Source: Octopus vulgaris
Lineage: Eukaryota
Length of the DNA stretch: 64,000 nucleotides
Direction: 5' to 3'
Assembly (NCBI GenBank): GCA_951406725.2
Contig: OX597815.1
Location: forward strand, 105,524,001-105,588,000
Each line of letters begins with the position of its first letter. Position 1 is the stretch's first letter. This document shows, piece after piece, positions 14,270-28,183 of this stretch. A program made the translations under genes and the position numbers. Below the pieces are notes generated by a model, which made no database searches, was not told the DNA's origin, and saw only the letters and a list, made by a program, of their open reading frames with translations.

Positions 14270-14884
14270 CTGGGGCTACCCTCACAATGTATTTAGCCGA
14301 TAATCAGATTCTATTAGTGGATAAGAATGATGACGTTTACGGGGAGCTCTAGGCATTGGCGAGGATGAACTATTTGGTCTATTACGAAGGACTTACAGGC
14401 CAGGCACCACTATGGATAACTTCCAGAAATCCCTGGTTTGGCATTGCTACCGAAGAGCACTGCCGGGAAACATGCAGAGCAAGTTGTTCTGTTTACGAAT
14501 AGATATCTTTTCCGCTCCGTAGCGAGAGATAACTATTATGAAAAAGCAGCTTAAACCAATGCCATTGCCACAAAGAATATATTGAAAACGGCTTGTGACT
14601 TTTGTTTCAAGTTAAAACTAAAATACTGACTATAATATGTCACCTTGACAAAGTAGAATTTCCTGGAAACAGTTATCATTTATGATTGCATACACACGTA
14701 CATATGAGTATATATGATAATGTCTAGATCTGCAAGTATATTCTTTTGTTCTTTTATATGTTTCAGCTCTGAGGCTGCGGCCATGCTGGGTTACCGTCAA
14801 TATGCATGAGAAGACATAGATAAAAAACAAAACATACAAATCTGCACGTATACACACATGCATACATGTATAAATGCATGTATG

Positions 14885-14924
<40 letters not shown>

Positions 14925-15578
14925 GCTGCTGCTGTTGTTGTTGTTGTTGATGATGATGATGTTGATGATGATGTTGATGTTGTTGTTGAGGTGGCGTGCT
15001 TAGCGAACTCTATTTTACTATTGATGGATACTGACGGCTGTGGCATTAAATGCAGTTTCTTGCAGAAACAGAGTTGGTACTTACGAACTCCAAGTAAGGA
15101 GGGAATCCCAACAAAATTACTCTTTCTAAAGTTGAAAAAGTCGTTTCCTTGATCGTGGAGACTCCAAATGAAACAGCAATCTTTAACAGGCAAATTTTTA
15201 CACAATTTAACACCACCAAAGTGGTTATCACGTCAGGTAATGACTGAAATGGCGAATTCCAGAGACTACTGACTATTTGATGTCAATATACTGTTTGCTC
15301 AACCATATAGAGTATATAATGAAACGAATTGCTGTCGATACTTATCCAAAGTATGAAGTCACCAATGGAAGTCCAGGTATTTTCACTTTGAAGCCCTATA
15401 ATAATGTCTCTTAAGTTCTCTTCAGTCCGACTCTGTATATCTGAGGATACCGATGCGTTCCGCATCAACTAAACTGAGTCTAATGAGGTAATGTAGAACT
15501 GAGTCAATCTGTTATATGTGTGTGTGTGAGTGTATGCGTGTGTGCGTGTATATGTGTGTGTTTATGTGTGTGAGTGTG

Positions 15579-15658
<80 letters not shown>

Positions 15659-15990
15659 TGTGTACGTGTAAGCGGGTCGAAAATATAACTGTGGTCCAGT
15701 TTTATCTTTTTATCAAGCTTTTCTTCATGCTTTCGCATGCGAAAACAACTCATACGAAAATGTAAAAAAAGAAAATTAATGAAGCATAACTAAAACACAG
15801 TTTTGCTTATGTGTCTACGCGTATGCACACGTATCTATATTTTTTGCTTGAACCAGTTTGGCACTAACTTCGAAGCTTCGACTCAGTTGCTTTGCCAAAC
15901 TGTCGACAGTAGCTAAGCCCAATATTCCGAAGTTACTGTGAACCTTCCTTGTATGAATACACCTGATACTCTACTTAAATGCAATGCTTG
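14270..15990 (-). pseudogene. Decayed LRR/TLR-like pseudogene 4, fragmented by microsatellites
   Basis: ILWISIDSNSF (~15320-15355); VSTIKETTFSTL (~15125-15165); IINDNCFQEI; LRRCT-like PF...WF...NLLCMFPGSALR (~14450-14595). The upstream boundary is poorly defined. Confidence 0.4.
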
Positions 15991-16062
15991 GTTTGTATAT
16001 AACTACACACACACACACACATATATATAGGTATATATACATGGATATCTATACACACACAG

Positions 16063-16103
<41 letters not shown>

Positions 16104-16104
<1 letters not shown>

Positions 16105-16612
16105 GAATATAAACAAGAAGGGTAGTAATATTATTTACTACCAGGTGCCCAGCACAAAAGACGAATTAGTCATAAGACAAAAATATTATTCATATAGAAA
16201 AATATTATTCATGTAGTTATACAATTAAGGGCTCTACTACCCTTCTTGTTTATATTCGCATATTACATGATGGATTTATTCGTAAAATTCTTCCCGGTAT
16301 GCCCTATACTGCCGTGTAAGTTTTTGCGTCTGCGCAGAGATTTGAAAAGTTAAGATCTGCTAGTAGTCGGGTTCAACACATGGTCCCACATCGCTGCAGA
16401 CCTCGATTAAATTTAGGCGACTCGCTGATGAAGCTAGCCTTAGCAAACATATTCTGTGTTTTGCTAGAAAGAAGCAGAAACCGCGGTACGAGTTGTTAAA
16501 GTTATCGGTAAACGTTTTTGATTTTCACTCTCGATAAATTCATCCCCTTTTTGTGTTCCCAGCACTCGGCATCTTAATTTAGGAGCCCTTAATTGTATAA
16601 CTACATGAATAA

Positions 16613-16617
<5 letters not shown>
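16104..16617 (+). mobile_element. Non-coding hammerhead-bearing element (Penelope pLTR-like or retrozyme-like) between (TA)n tracts
   Basis: Two perfect inverted pairs: 16104-16127 with 16235-16258 (24 nt) and 16200-16234 with 16583-16617 (35 nt). Central hammerhead; (TA)n on both sides. Confidence 0.75.
16418..16495 (+). ncRNA. Type I hammerhead ribozyme with intact core
   Basis: Stem I CGACTCG(16418-24):CGAGTTG(16489-95); CTGATGA(16425-31); 45-nt branched stem II whose first pair is A.A; GAAA(16477-80); stem III in palindrome ACCGCGGT; GUA cleavage triplet (16486-88). Confidence 0.85.
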
Positions 16618-16676
<59 letters not shown>

Positions 16677-16680
16677 TTAT

Positions 16681-16713
<33 letters not shown>

Positions 16714-16726
16714 AATATATGAATGT

Positions 16727-16787
<61 letters not shown>

Positions 16788-16999
16788 CGTGTGCGTATGA
16801 ATATAAAACCTTGAACAATTATATGAATTTATTCAACAACTTCCTAGTATCTAGATACTTGTTGAGACAAAGCAAAGCACATATATGAGCTGAATGCCAT
16901 TGAAGCATCACAAAATTACACAAAAAGCACCACTTCTACATGACAGACTGGGGTGAAGAAACTAGTCTCCTTACTAAATATAGATTACTGCATGGATTG

Positions 17000-18655
17000 C
17001 CTCGCCATGCGGCTTCATTTCATCATCTTTAAAAACCACTTACCAGCTTCCTGTCCAATCTTAAATGTAGGTTAATTAATCATGCCAAATGCGAATTGAG
17101 ATTAGCAAGTGCATTCTCGACGCTATTAAATATTAAACCGAAAATTAGAAACATTACGAGAATAGAATGATAGAAGTGCAGCGTTGATGTTATCAACTGG
17201 TTATTCGGCAATGAAAACAAAGCAGCCTTTAAATTTATCAAATGGACTTTTATCGAATTTCGGATGTCAATTTACCATGATCAGGTTCATATTAATATTG
17301 CAGGAAATCACACTTTAGTCATGATGAATTGTACTAATTCGACAAAGAGGGTGGTATTTTGTTCGACATCTCTGCGGGAAATTGAGATGGCACTGAGATA
17401 GAAGATTTTGTGAGACTGTTTATTTTTGACACCTTCACTATGCAGAAACCTCCCACTAGTTCATTATGATATGATATGCTAGACGACACTCATATATAAA
17501 TTGAATGGACACAACCTGAATAGATACAGAAATGACTTAATATGCATTTTTAAAGAGCCGTCTTTAAAACAACAACTAACATCAACCAAAAATATAACCC
17601 ATTTAGTAAAAATAACAGGTTTATTGACAGACAACCATTGTGTTTAAACAGAAATCAGGAAAAGAAACGGTATACCTCCAGAAAAAAATTCCAATTTCCA
17701 TCCGCCGTAATTAGGGACTTGATAGCCGATATGAGTAGGTGAGCCTCTGATCTATCCTACGAGACACATTTTCACCATCATCGTGATGACAGGGCTTCTC
17801 TCAGTGAGAAACTAATTTATATGGAAAGCATCTCACTCACTCCACACCAGACAAGAACTAAGGAGAGAAAATTAACCTGGTTTTATCATTACCATAACTC
17901 AGTTGTTTCTATGAATATAGCCAGTAGCATCCTGGCTGAAATGCGGCAACACGTTTCATCAGCACGTAAATAGAATACATTCAGTGCACACAACGTTAAG
18001 GCTATCTTTTCTTTCCTGAAAAACATCACTTCTTAGATTATACGTTACAATACAAAACGTTCATACTCACATATCCTACACTACCAGCTAAATTACAGTT
18101 ATCGAAATCCAGCAACATGCTCTCGTAGGGTATTTTGTCTTTCCCAAGGAAAGTATTAATAACTCACTTGGAGGTATTCACCTCGTTATACATGGCTTAC
18201 TGCGAACATTTTCAAAATTCATTAACTCGATTACGTCAAGGAAAAGGGAAAATTTTATTTCCCTGTCTCGATTCATCTCGAAACTTAGGAACCACATAAC
18301 CGAACAGTGACAAAGAACATAGTCGATATTACTACCATGAATTCCATACTTACCATATCTGTACTCTGATTTAGAAAGTTCCAGATATTGAAGCGGCTAG
18401 TAATATATCTCAATAGAAAGTCCGAGTTATTGTGTAACTGTCACCATCAGAGGACTTACCACTTGGGAAATTTCCAGGCGTTGGAACATTTAACAGCATG
18501 TGAAGGATTTATGAGTCCCTTTGTTTAAGGGTCCGAGTTACTTTTTTGAACGTTATTGAGCTATAACTGAACTGGCTTACATTCCTTATACCAAAGTCAC
18601 CTGAGCAATTTCCCTTTGTTCTAAAATTATTCATGAAATTCTCTGATTGACCATA
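17000..18655 (+). mobile_element. Penelope-like element remnant (RT plus GIY-YIG), strongly degenerate
   Basis: RYRNDLI (RT active-site-like, ~17522); RKLTWFYH..NSVVSMNIA; NTFSAHNVK; YRNPATC..C; RYTWLTANIFK (GIY-YIG-like); YLNRKSELLCNCHHQ (typical PLE C-terminus, ~18405-18450). Decayed CTGAGCA...GAAA downstream (18601-18638). Confidence 0.7.
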
Positions 18656-18999
18656 CGTATATTTAATATATGTATGGAACTTCGAGTACTGATATAGAGA
18701 ATCATTAACAGTTAACTTCTAGATATGATTTCCACACGGTACTTTAAGTGCACTTTCATACATACATATATGTGTGTATATACATCGCGCGCGCACACAC
18801 AAGATGGGTTGCTGCAATGTTTTCATCTGTTGCTAGGTATTCGGCACATCAAAACTCTGGGAAAAGACTTTTTTCCCAAAATGCTGCATAGTGAAATTGA
18901 AACCATAATTACGCACTTGTTAGACAAATTTCTTACGATACTGACATGGCTGTGATAGATATAATTAATGTGTCCAATAAAGCCATAAAACAAGTCTAA

Positions 19000-20460
19000 A
19001 ACATCTATCTTGAAGGTATGAACTTAACAATTCTGAAAAGATCGGCTTTCGTGAAAACCTTGCATGTAAAGCACTATACATCAAGAAAAACCTATATTTT
19101 TTAATTAGAAAATTACATCAGCATAGAAAAAGGGATGAATAATGGTTGAAAATGTGAGAAAATTTTCAGATTTTTCTTTTTAAATGAGAGTAATATATGT
19201 ATCAACATCTGCAAATCGTAGAGACATTAACCTACCTACGACGCGTATTATATATGACGTCACTAGGATGATTGATATCCAATATAACTCATAAAATCAC
19301 TTTTATAAAGTCTGTAAATTATCTACAATAAACAGGTGGGTGAGTATCACCATATTTAACAGGAGGAGGGTTTCAAAAGCACTAAAAATAAATATGCAAT
19401 GAAGCAAAAACTATCAATAATTAAAATTTTTTTAGATATCTATATATGTCAACTCTGCACATATTTTATCATTATTCCGACCTCATCTACGAAGCATTAC
19501 TTAACTGTACCAAGTGATATAGTGAAGAAGGATCATTTAGTAAATGCACATGATTGTATATGTGTTTGTGTAGGAAAACACGTTAATATTGAAATATAAT
19601 AAATGAAAAGTTAAAATTACTTCATCTTATATTCTTTCATCAACACCACTTCAGGAATATCCAAGTAAAATCATGCTTATTGGAAACTGACTCAAACAAA
19701 AAATCTTCCGTTGAGCTTCATGTTATAGAGAACATTTTAAATTAGTCACAACAAATTTATTTTTCCTGTTTAATTTACTAAAGTCGTGTCTGTAATAGTA
19801 TCAGTAGATTGCAAAGCCTTAGTAACAGAATCTATAGCCTTATTTATACTGAAATATCCTCCTAGCTACTCACTGAACTGATATAATAACGCTATGATTT
19901 TTTCAGATATATCATGTTTGTACTAAGCCAGTAAGCAATTAATTGCATGTGAAGTGTTAAACCGAGAATCTGCTCTGAACATAGTCAAAATGTTGTTTGT
20001 AACGAAATTAGAAGCAACATCGATTTCGTATATTTCAACAAACATCTGAAGACACTATCTAAATACATCTGCTAGATATAGATTTATATATTTATTTTTA
20101 TCTGTTTATCTATTGCTCTTTTTACTTCTGAATATCAATTAGCCCAAAATACCTTTTCAAAAATTTCTCTCGCAAAGAAAATATCTAAAACATCTAAATA
20201 CATTTTTTTAATACCTAAGGCATAGTCTTCTGTTTATAATTCCATTGCTATCCTGCGTGTATTCATCACATTAATATGTTTGCTCAATCCCACTGAAATA
20301 TACTGTCATTGATTGATTTTATCACTTTATCAACGAGTTGTCCAACTGATTAGTCAGAGAAACCAAGGACTTTTTGTGTTGTTTTAATTCATTTTATCAA
20401 TGGCTTCCAAATTCTGTTTGTTTTCTGTATATTTGCACATCTGTTTGTCGTTGAATGAAT
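19000..20460 (-). pseudogene. Decayed TLR-like pseudogene 5
   Basis: KVLGFS..NQL (~20340-20375); IKSINDSIF (~20297-20325); DSNGII..EDYA; NFVTNNILTMF; GKNKF.CD (LRRCT-like, ~19745-19767); weak TIR-like FIVDNL..SDF..NTRR (19235-19335). Confidence 0.45.
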
Positions 20461-20476
20461 ATATGTGGTGGTGAAT

Positions 20477-20612
<136 letters not shown>

Positions 20613-21349
20613 TTTACAAATGTATGCGGATACTGTTTTGTGTTATATAACATAATAAAAACAGTCCGAAATGTTTAACCTAGAAGAAATAATCGATTTA
20701 TATTAAAAGAAATAAGTACATTTCTATAGATGTTAATCACGGTTAATTAAATAGAGACCAGTCCAAATTGTAATTTTCTTTAACAAAGTTTATCTTTAAA
20801 TTTTTAAGAACGACTTACATTGAAATTGGACATCTGTAAAGCCTCATTCCACTGATTGGTGAAATATGAGATTTTATAATACAAAAATACTTCGTTGTTA
20901 TTATCATCACTATTATCATTGTTATTATTGTTGTTGTTGCTGTTTTTGTTGTTGCTGTTATTCTACTTCTCGCTTGCTGTTTATTGTTGCTTTCTGTTTA
21001 TGTTTCTATTGTCACTGTCATTGTTTTCCTGTTATTTTTGTTGATGTTATGATGGTTGTTCTAGTTTTTGTTGCTGTTGCTGCTACTGCTGTTACATTTT
21101 TGTATTTGTTTTTTATTTGTGTAAAGGACAATGCGAAGAGATAACATTATTATTGGGAGTTTAAATTGTGATTACGATGCTAGGAATACAGATGTTTAGT
21201 TCAGATAAGATATATCTAAGAAAAATCTACTTATCATCTTTCTCTTTCTGTTATAATTTGTTCCAAAGCAATGTGGGGAACGATAATGTAATTCCGGGAT
21301 CGAGTAAAAACATCCAGGAAATTGCCTAACTGTTACTTGCTAGATACCA

Positions 21350-22326
21350 ATATTATTACAGTGTTAGTTCCAATGACTATTTATATTTACTCATGTTTCC
21401 AGTAAGAAGGAAGAATCAGTAGTATCTGCGTGTTTATTACAAAAAATAGATAAATAAACAATATGAAGGGTAACGAAATATGTTATCTTCTAGCCTAGAT
21501 TATACAAACAACACATTTATTTCTAAGAAATGTAATTAAAAGTCAAACATTCTAATTTGGATAACTGAATCACAATCCATAGCCTAGGGAGGTCGTCTGT
21601 GCACAGCTACACACGTTCCCCCACTCTATCTTTCCCGCTATTGATCCGACCACATGTTTTTCATCATCTTTCTCTCTGTTTATTTCTTGATCTTTCACAA
21701 TCCACGCACTTTGTATAAATACAAAGGAAGTAAATATGATATTCCTTCAATTTAACGCTTTCTGTACTGTGCTGATTCAAAATTAAAGAAATAGGAGTAA
21801 AGAGAATATACTCCTTCTGTAAATTTCAGTAATCTAAGCAAGACATAATTATTTCAGAGACAACATCTCGTAAAAACATTAAAATTGAGCAAGTGAATGG
21901 TGCACGAAGTTATTGTTTATGGGATATGCAGGCTGAGGGAGATTAAATGAATGTGTTTCTAGTTTTTTGTATATTAATGTTTGTTTTTATCCGTTAGGTA
22001 ATCATCTGAAGCATCATTCATTTAGCTGCCAAAATATTTCTTCAGATAAATATTTAACATGAAACACTTCTTAGAATCTATGTATTTTACAATTCGTTAC
22101 TTGTCATTCTTACAGAATATATTAGCCATATCACCTTTTGAAATATTCTATTTATTTATTTACCTATTTATTTTTGCCTCCTACTTTTACTAATGCTTTT
22201 TAATAGTCTTTATATTTCATCACTGTTTTCTCTCTTTTCTCTCTCTCTTTGTCTCTTTCATTCTCCCTCAACGTTTCTCTCTCTTACCTCCCTCCTTCCC
22301 TCTCTCTCTCTCTCTCTCCCTATATA

Positions 22327-22386
<60 letters not shown>

Positions 22387-23611
22387 CTCTCTAATGATAT
22401 TTTATTTCCACCTATTGCATTGCTATATTTACTATATATATTTCTCATACTTTTATCGCGATATTTCTCATCTCTCTCTTATTCCTGGACACTGTAAATA
22501 TCAAGATCACTAGAACATTGGCTAGAATTCATTAAAGTATCTCATTTCAACAATTCTAGTATCATCGTTCTCTTTTCTCCTGGATCGATAAACTTAGTAC
22601 AAGTCAAGTAATGCATCTATTTACTTTACCCTTCCTTGTACCAACGCTTGTAGACCTTGTCTCTGTTAGAAATTATTTTTGTTATTGTTATAGAAAGAAG
22701 TATCTGTCTTGGGACCAAATTCAAAAATTCTCTTTATCTTGCCAATTATACCCAAAAGAAAGACATGAGATGGTAACCTAAACAATAAATTTGCTTCTTA
22801 CTGAATGAGACGTATGATTCAGACTAGATCAGTCTGTTTTGGTTCCTGGTTAAATATCGAATCACTTCATACATGCAGCTAATATCATTTTAGAAAACGT
22901 CCCAACAGGCCATTACCTTTCCACTATAAGTATAGAGCCTAAATGATTAAATAGTTACGACTGGAATGTCTTAGTGATCATATGTCTGAGTCAGTGATCA
23001 TATGTCTGAGCTTGCAAGGCGGCGAGCTGGCAGAAACGTTAGCACGCCGGGCGAAATGCGTAGCCGTATTTCGTCTGCCGTTACGTTCTGAGTTCAAATT
23101 CCGCCGAGGTCGACTTTGCCTTTCATCCTTTCGGGGTCGATAAATTAAGTACCAGTTACGCACTGGGGTCGATGTAATCGACATAATCCGTTTGTCCCCT
23201 CTGTGTTTAGCCCCTTGTGGGCAGTAGTGAAATACATATGTCTGAGTCAGTACCTACCTAGAGCTAAACAGTAGCAGTAGCAGCAACAAAGACAACAACA
23301 ACAACAAAAACAGATTATGACCATTGCAGCTAGCCGCGGCTACCGATGTATTTCTTGCATCTACTATTAAGTTTGATTTACGATTATAAATGGTCGGCGA
23401 AAAGGTCCCAGATATTTCTTTCGATCTTGTTACACATATTCCTCACCCCACCCTTACAAAATACATGATATACCACATCAAATGAAATCAATAATTAATA
23501 TATTGGATATTATCTGCATTTCTTCATATCTTCATATATTCCCTACTATGTCGTAAATATAATTATAAGTATTTCATTTTGATATTCATGACATTGGACA
23601 TTTCATGTGTT

Positions 23612-23645
<34 letters not shown>

Positions 23646-23655
23646 CGTGTGTGTG

Positions 23656-23713
<58 letters not shown>

Positions 23714-23898
23714 ATTTCATAATTTCATAATTTATATTCTGCCTTCTCGCATTTCAAATATCCATCAAGAAATTTTTTTATTTGATAATGGCAATTTTCG
23801 TATCATCAATTTAATAATGGCCTTTTTCATATACTCCATTCCTATGCATTGTTTTTCAACACAATTTCATATTGTATTTCATATTCTATATTCCCATC

Positions 23899-23942
<44 letters not shown>

Positions 23943-25460
23943 TAACTGATATCCCAACAGGCTATATATTTATTTCGAGCGTGCCGAGGCACTCGGCGTT
24001 ACCCTGCTACCGATATATAGAAACTGTTCCTTCTTGTTAGTCTCAATGACTAAACGTCTGGCAAGTTTGTTTTGTTTTTGTATGTTATATTTGCATAGAT
24101 TTATAAGTGTTTGTGTGACTGTTTTATTGGTGTATTTCAAGCATAAAAATTAATTGAGCATAATATCAGAATATTTTATAAATATAAACAAATTTAAATG
24201 TGAAGCAATTAAGAAATGAATTATTTTTTACCCTCCATGGTATTTTGCTAAGATCTGATTTTCAAATGAAAAATTTTAATAATTACATTTTTCCAATCTG
24301 TACTGTCTACACATTTCCGTCTTAGAAAGACGAGTGAGAAAATGGTGTATGTCAGAGGAAAGCGGGTGAGAGAAAGTAAGAAAGAAGGAAAGACAAAAGA
24401 AAGAACGAAAGAAAGAAGTAGACTGAGGCAGAGAAAGAATGGGAGAACTGAAGAAAGAAAGAGAGACGGGGAGAGAACGATGGGCAAAGAGAGAAAAATA
24501 AACAGAGAGAACGAGAGAGATACAGAAAAACAGGCAGAGAGAGAACGATACAGAGGGAGAGAGAGGGAGAGGGAGAATCAGACTGAAGCAGAGGGAGAAA
24601 GAGAGCTCATGGAAGCAAGGAAGAGATTCACTAAAGACTAACGAAAAGCGAAAAAACAGAGTTGACTAACGTGTGTCTATATGTGTATGTACGCCGGTAC
24701 GAGTGTGTATGTGTGTGTGTGTGTGTGTATGCGTGTGTGTGTACGTGCGTTCGTGTATGTGTATGTGTTTGTGTGTGTGTGTGTGTGTATGTATGCATGT
24801 ATGTATATATGTATTTATGTATGTATGTATGTATGTATGTATGTATGTATAAATGTATGTATGTATGTCAATATAAAGATCTGAAGACTATCTTACATCG
24901 AACAGACCGAAGAGCAGCGTCGAAAATAAATACAGTACTTAAGAATTTGAGATGAATGTTACTGAACAATTCAGATTGTCTTTCACCTTTGAAATAGTGA
25001 GCACAAAATGTCCTTGTCTACTTAATTTCTCATTTACTCAAAGTTATAAACTGCCTAGAGTTATATATTATTCAGCATGTAAAGATGTCGTTTTATAATG
25101 TAGTTCAGAAGTTCCTAGCTAAGTTCAAGTATTTTTAAACCGACTACATTTATTAAGATTGATCAGTTTTATCACGATTGATTAATTTTATTAAGATTGA
25201 TTAGTTTTATTAAGATTGATTGGGTCTAATGCCAGTCCCATTGAGATTAATACTGTTGTCTATGAGAAATGAAATTGGATATATCTTTGCTTTCCCTTTA
25301 GTAAGACATTAAAGTAAGACTTGGTATTAAATACGCGACTGTGGAAGACAGTTGTTTTCTGAGATAATGTTCACGTTTTTTTCTAAAGAAAATATGAAAT
25401 AGGAAATATTGAAGTGTTTTATAAAGTACGACATGCCTAATGTGATAGAGGAGGGGCAAC
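21350..25460 (-). pseudogene. Decayed TLR-like pseudogene 6 (possibly two), split by a SINE and microsatellites; clearest TIR remnant
   Basis: TIR-like DDEKHVVGSIAGKIEWGTCVAVHR..DLP.LWIV (21570-21668) and FLRNKCLF. LRR-like ISHNNN (~21910-21930), FYNNNKII (~22670-22695), QYNY.ISFDG (~23470-23505), HLYMLNNI (~25065-25090), SINLNGTGI (~25228-25255). Confidence 0.55.
23016..23234 (+). mobile_element. tRNA-derived SINE (octopus-type), full-length and young, with 12-bp TSD
   Basis: Head AAGGCGGCGAGCTGGCAGAAACGTTAG (A-box-like), GAGTTCAAATTCC (B-box-like), body GCCTTTCATCCTTTCGGGGTCGATAAA. TSD CATATGTCTGAG at 22999-23010 and 23235-23246. Confidence 0.9.
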
Positions 25461-26331
25461 AGATATGACGTAATATATATGGTATGACATCTTATGTTGT
25501 GTCAGAGATATTTTGTGATATATTTGATGTTGTAATACTTCGTGACGTGGTCGTCCTTTTGTCAATGTATTGTCTTCTCTCAATCATTGTTGGCCCATGA
25601 ACGTCACATAACTGTTTCATGCTATTTAATTCGTGCAACACCCTAGCAACCCTCATTTGCGTCTCCTCTTCTGTGCATATAGAAAATTGTTCTTCCCTTC
25701 AATAGAGGCATAAGTATTCTTAAGCGCTTGACCGGATATTCTTAAATGTAATAACGTAAATATTCTACTTTATATTACTTTATTTTATTTTATTTTATTT
25801 TATTTTATTTTATTCCATTTCATTTCATTGGGGAATTTGAAGACTTTCTGTACGTTTATATAAACAAAGGATACATTCCTTCATTTCTTCCTCTGACTAA
25901 CCACATTATTATTGATATGTGTGTGCGTATACACACACACACACTGGGAACTGTAATAGATTGTTGCGGTAATGATGTTGGCAGGATGTTAGATAAGGGA
26001 GGTAGTGGTTGCAGTGGGAGGGGAAGGTGAGGTTGCCAGTAGGGAGGAATTGATGGCAAACTGTAATTTTGTGAACAGAAATTTAGAAACACCGTATTAT
26101 TTAACGCATGCCTCTTCATGCTGTAATTGTTGTCAAGTAATGTCTCGCCGCCACCATCGCTACCGACAACGAACAGACAGTTGCCTTCACAACAAACGAT
26201 AAAGAAGCATCATCACAACAGCTAACACTTTTATCCCTTTGATATCCTCTCTTTTTTTTCACTGTTTCTCCTTTTCTCTCATGTTTTGTCTCCCTCAACT
26301 TTATCGCTCTCTGCTTTCCATTCTGTCTTCC

Positions 26332-26396
<65 letters not shown>

Positions 26397-26561
26397 TCTC
26401 TCATCGGTCGTGTTATTCTTTGCTCCGCAGTGAAAGATTGTTTTTGTGCTGAAAAGTTTGAAAATTTGCTGTTTTGGTCGTCGTGGCCACTTCTTTTCTG
26501 CTGTTGCAGCAGAGTTCTGCTGTTCTTTCCCCCTTGTTTCAAGGGGGAAGCGACGAAAAAC

Positions 26562-28164
26562 ATGAATTTGTCACCAATCTCCTCCGAGTCGGAGGAAAAC
26601 GTTGAAAATTTGTTTGAAGGCATGAAGGCGAAAATGTGGGAGGAGGAAGGTAAAAGTAAAGAGACGTCTCACGCGCTCGTTACAAAAGCAGACGACAATA
26701 TGTCTAGCGAAGCTACTACACAACAGGAAAAGTCACAAATAAATTTTGCGAGTGCAGCAACTCGCCCCTGTGAAAACATCGTTATTAACAAAGAAGAATT
26801 AAAGAAGTACCAAAGTTTATTAAAAAAAGGTGATAATGGGAAGTTGTTCCCTCCCAGTGAATTAATTTACGCGACGGAGAGAAAAACTGTCATATACAAG
26901 ACATATAATGTGAAAAATAGGAAAATTTACTTCGTGCAGAGAGAAGCCATAGAAAAATGTTTGAGGCCGATATGGCAACAAACTACTTATATAACGAGGG
27001 GTAGTCGCTTCGGCACGGTAGAGGTGCGTTTCCCTAGCGAAGAAAAAGTTAGGGAACATTCAACAAGAACGTTGAAGTCGGAAGATGTAGTTCTTCTACC
27101 ATTTTATTTAGGAATGAGAACTTCCAAAATAACGGTCACATATATTCCTCCCGAAATAGATGTGGACTTTGTCATAGCAGCGATTCTCTTAGGCAAAGAG
27201 GAAGAAATTGCCATTCTTCAGTCTAAGAGATATCGCCACATGAACTGGTATGGACAAGACTTAGAGCTTGTAATCCAAGCTAACCCCTCGGACTTGGAAA
27301 AATTGCCCAGCTCCCTCACCATTGGAGATAAGACCAGAATGATGGTAATAGTCGAGGGGAGAAAGCCTAGGTGTTATAAATGTGGCGAGAAAGGCCACAT
27401 AAGGTCGGGCTGTAAGAAGACAGCCAAATACTGCAGAGGCAAGCACGACGCCGAAAACAACAACTACACCGCTAGAAATAGCAGCCACGTCGCGCACCTC
27501 AATTGCCGAAGTTCAGCCGACAACGGGAGAAAACAACAACAACAACGACAACAACAACAACAACAACATCCAGGAGTGGGTCACCATAGAACCTTCAAAA
27601 AGAAGACGGAAACGGAAAAATCCACCCTCTTCAGATACACAGGACTATACTCCGAGACAGACAAGCACACCCACACCCACAAATACAGTCGCAAACACAC
27701 ACGTAGCCAAAAAAACACACACTGGAAAAAGCACACACAAACACACACACACACACCTACCACAAGCACACACACCTACAAACACCCACGCTTCTACAAG
27801 CACACACATACCCACAAACACAAACACACACAATCGCCTAACAAAAAAAAAGAAACACCCTCACGGCGATAAATAAAAACAATAACCCATTAAGAGAAAA
27901 AATTATTTTAATGAAATCGGCGAAAAAATATATCGTAACAGATATAAGTAGTACTATTTCTGAAAATGTCGAATTTTATACAATAGATAACGCTGATTAT
28001 TTTGATCTAAAAAAACATTTGCGGAGAACGTAGGTCCGTTACAGATGAACTTTTCGAGCCATCTGTACAGGCAATTCGCAAAAAAACTGACCTCGCAAAA
28101 CACAACACTCACAGGAAGAAAAGAGGAGGGTGAAACTACACCCGCTCTTCCGTTAAAACAGTAA
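26562..28164 (+). pseudogene. LINE ORF1 (RRM-like plus zinc knuckle), frameshifted
   Basis: First AUG inside the element at 26562 (MNLSPISSESEE); CYKCGEKGHIRSGC at 27372-27413. The +1 frame from 27421 reads QPNTAEAST...IQEWVTIEPSKRRRKRK. Further shifts in A-runs give ...PLREKIILMKSAKKY...ALPLKQ* (TAA 28162-64); this extension is inferred. Confidence 0.75.
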
Positions 28165-28183
28165 GTTTTAAACTTTCGACTAA

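Noticed and set aside
18596-18652. Functional hammerhead after the Penelope remnant
   Set aside because: The core reads CTGAGCA and stems II and III do not pair cleanly; at most a relic.
19330-19380. Twister ribozyme suggested by GGAGGAGGGTT
   Set aside because: The upstream conserved pseudoknot elements are absent.
26286-26561. N-terminal extension of the 528-aa ORF
   Set aside because: It starts at a TTG outside the element and reads through the (CT)n target and 5' UTR; the first AUG inside the element is at 26562.
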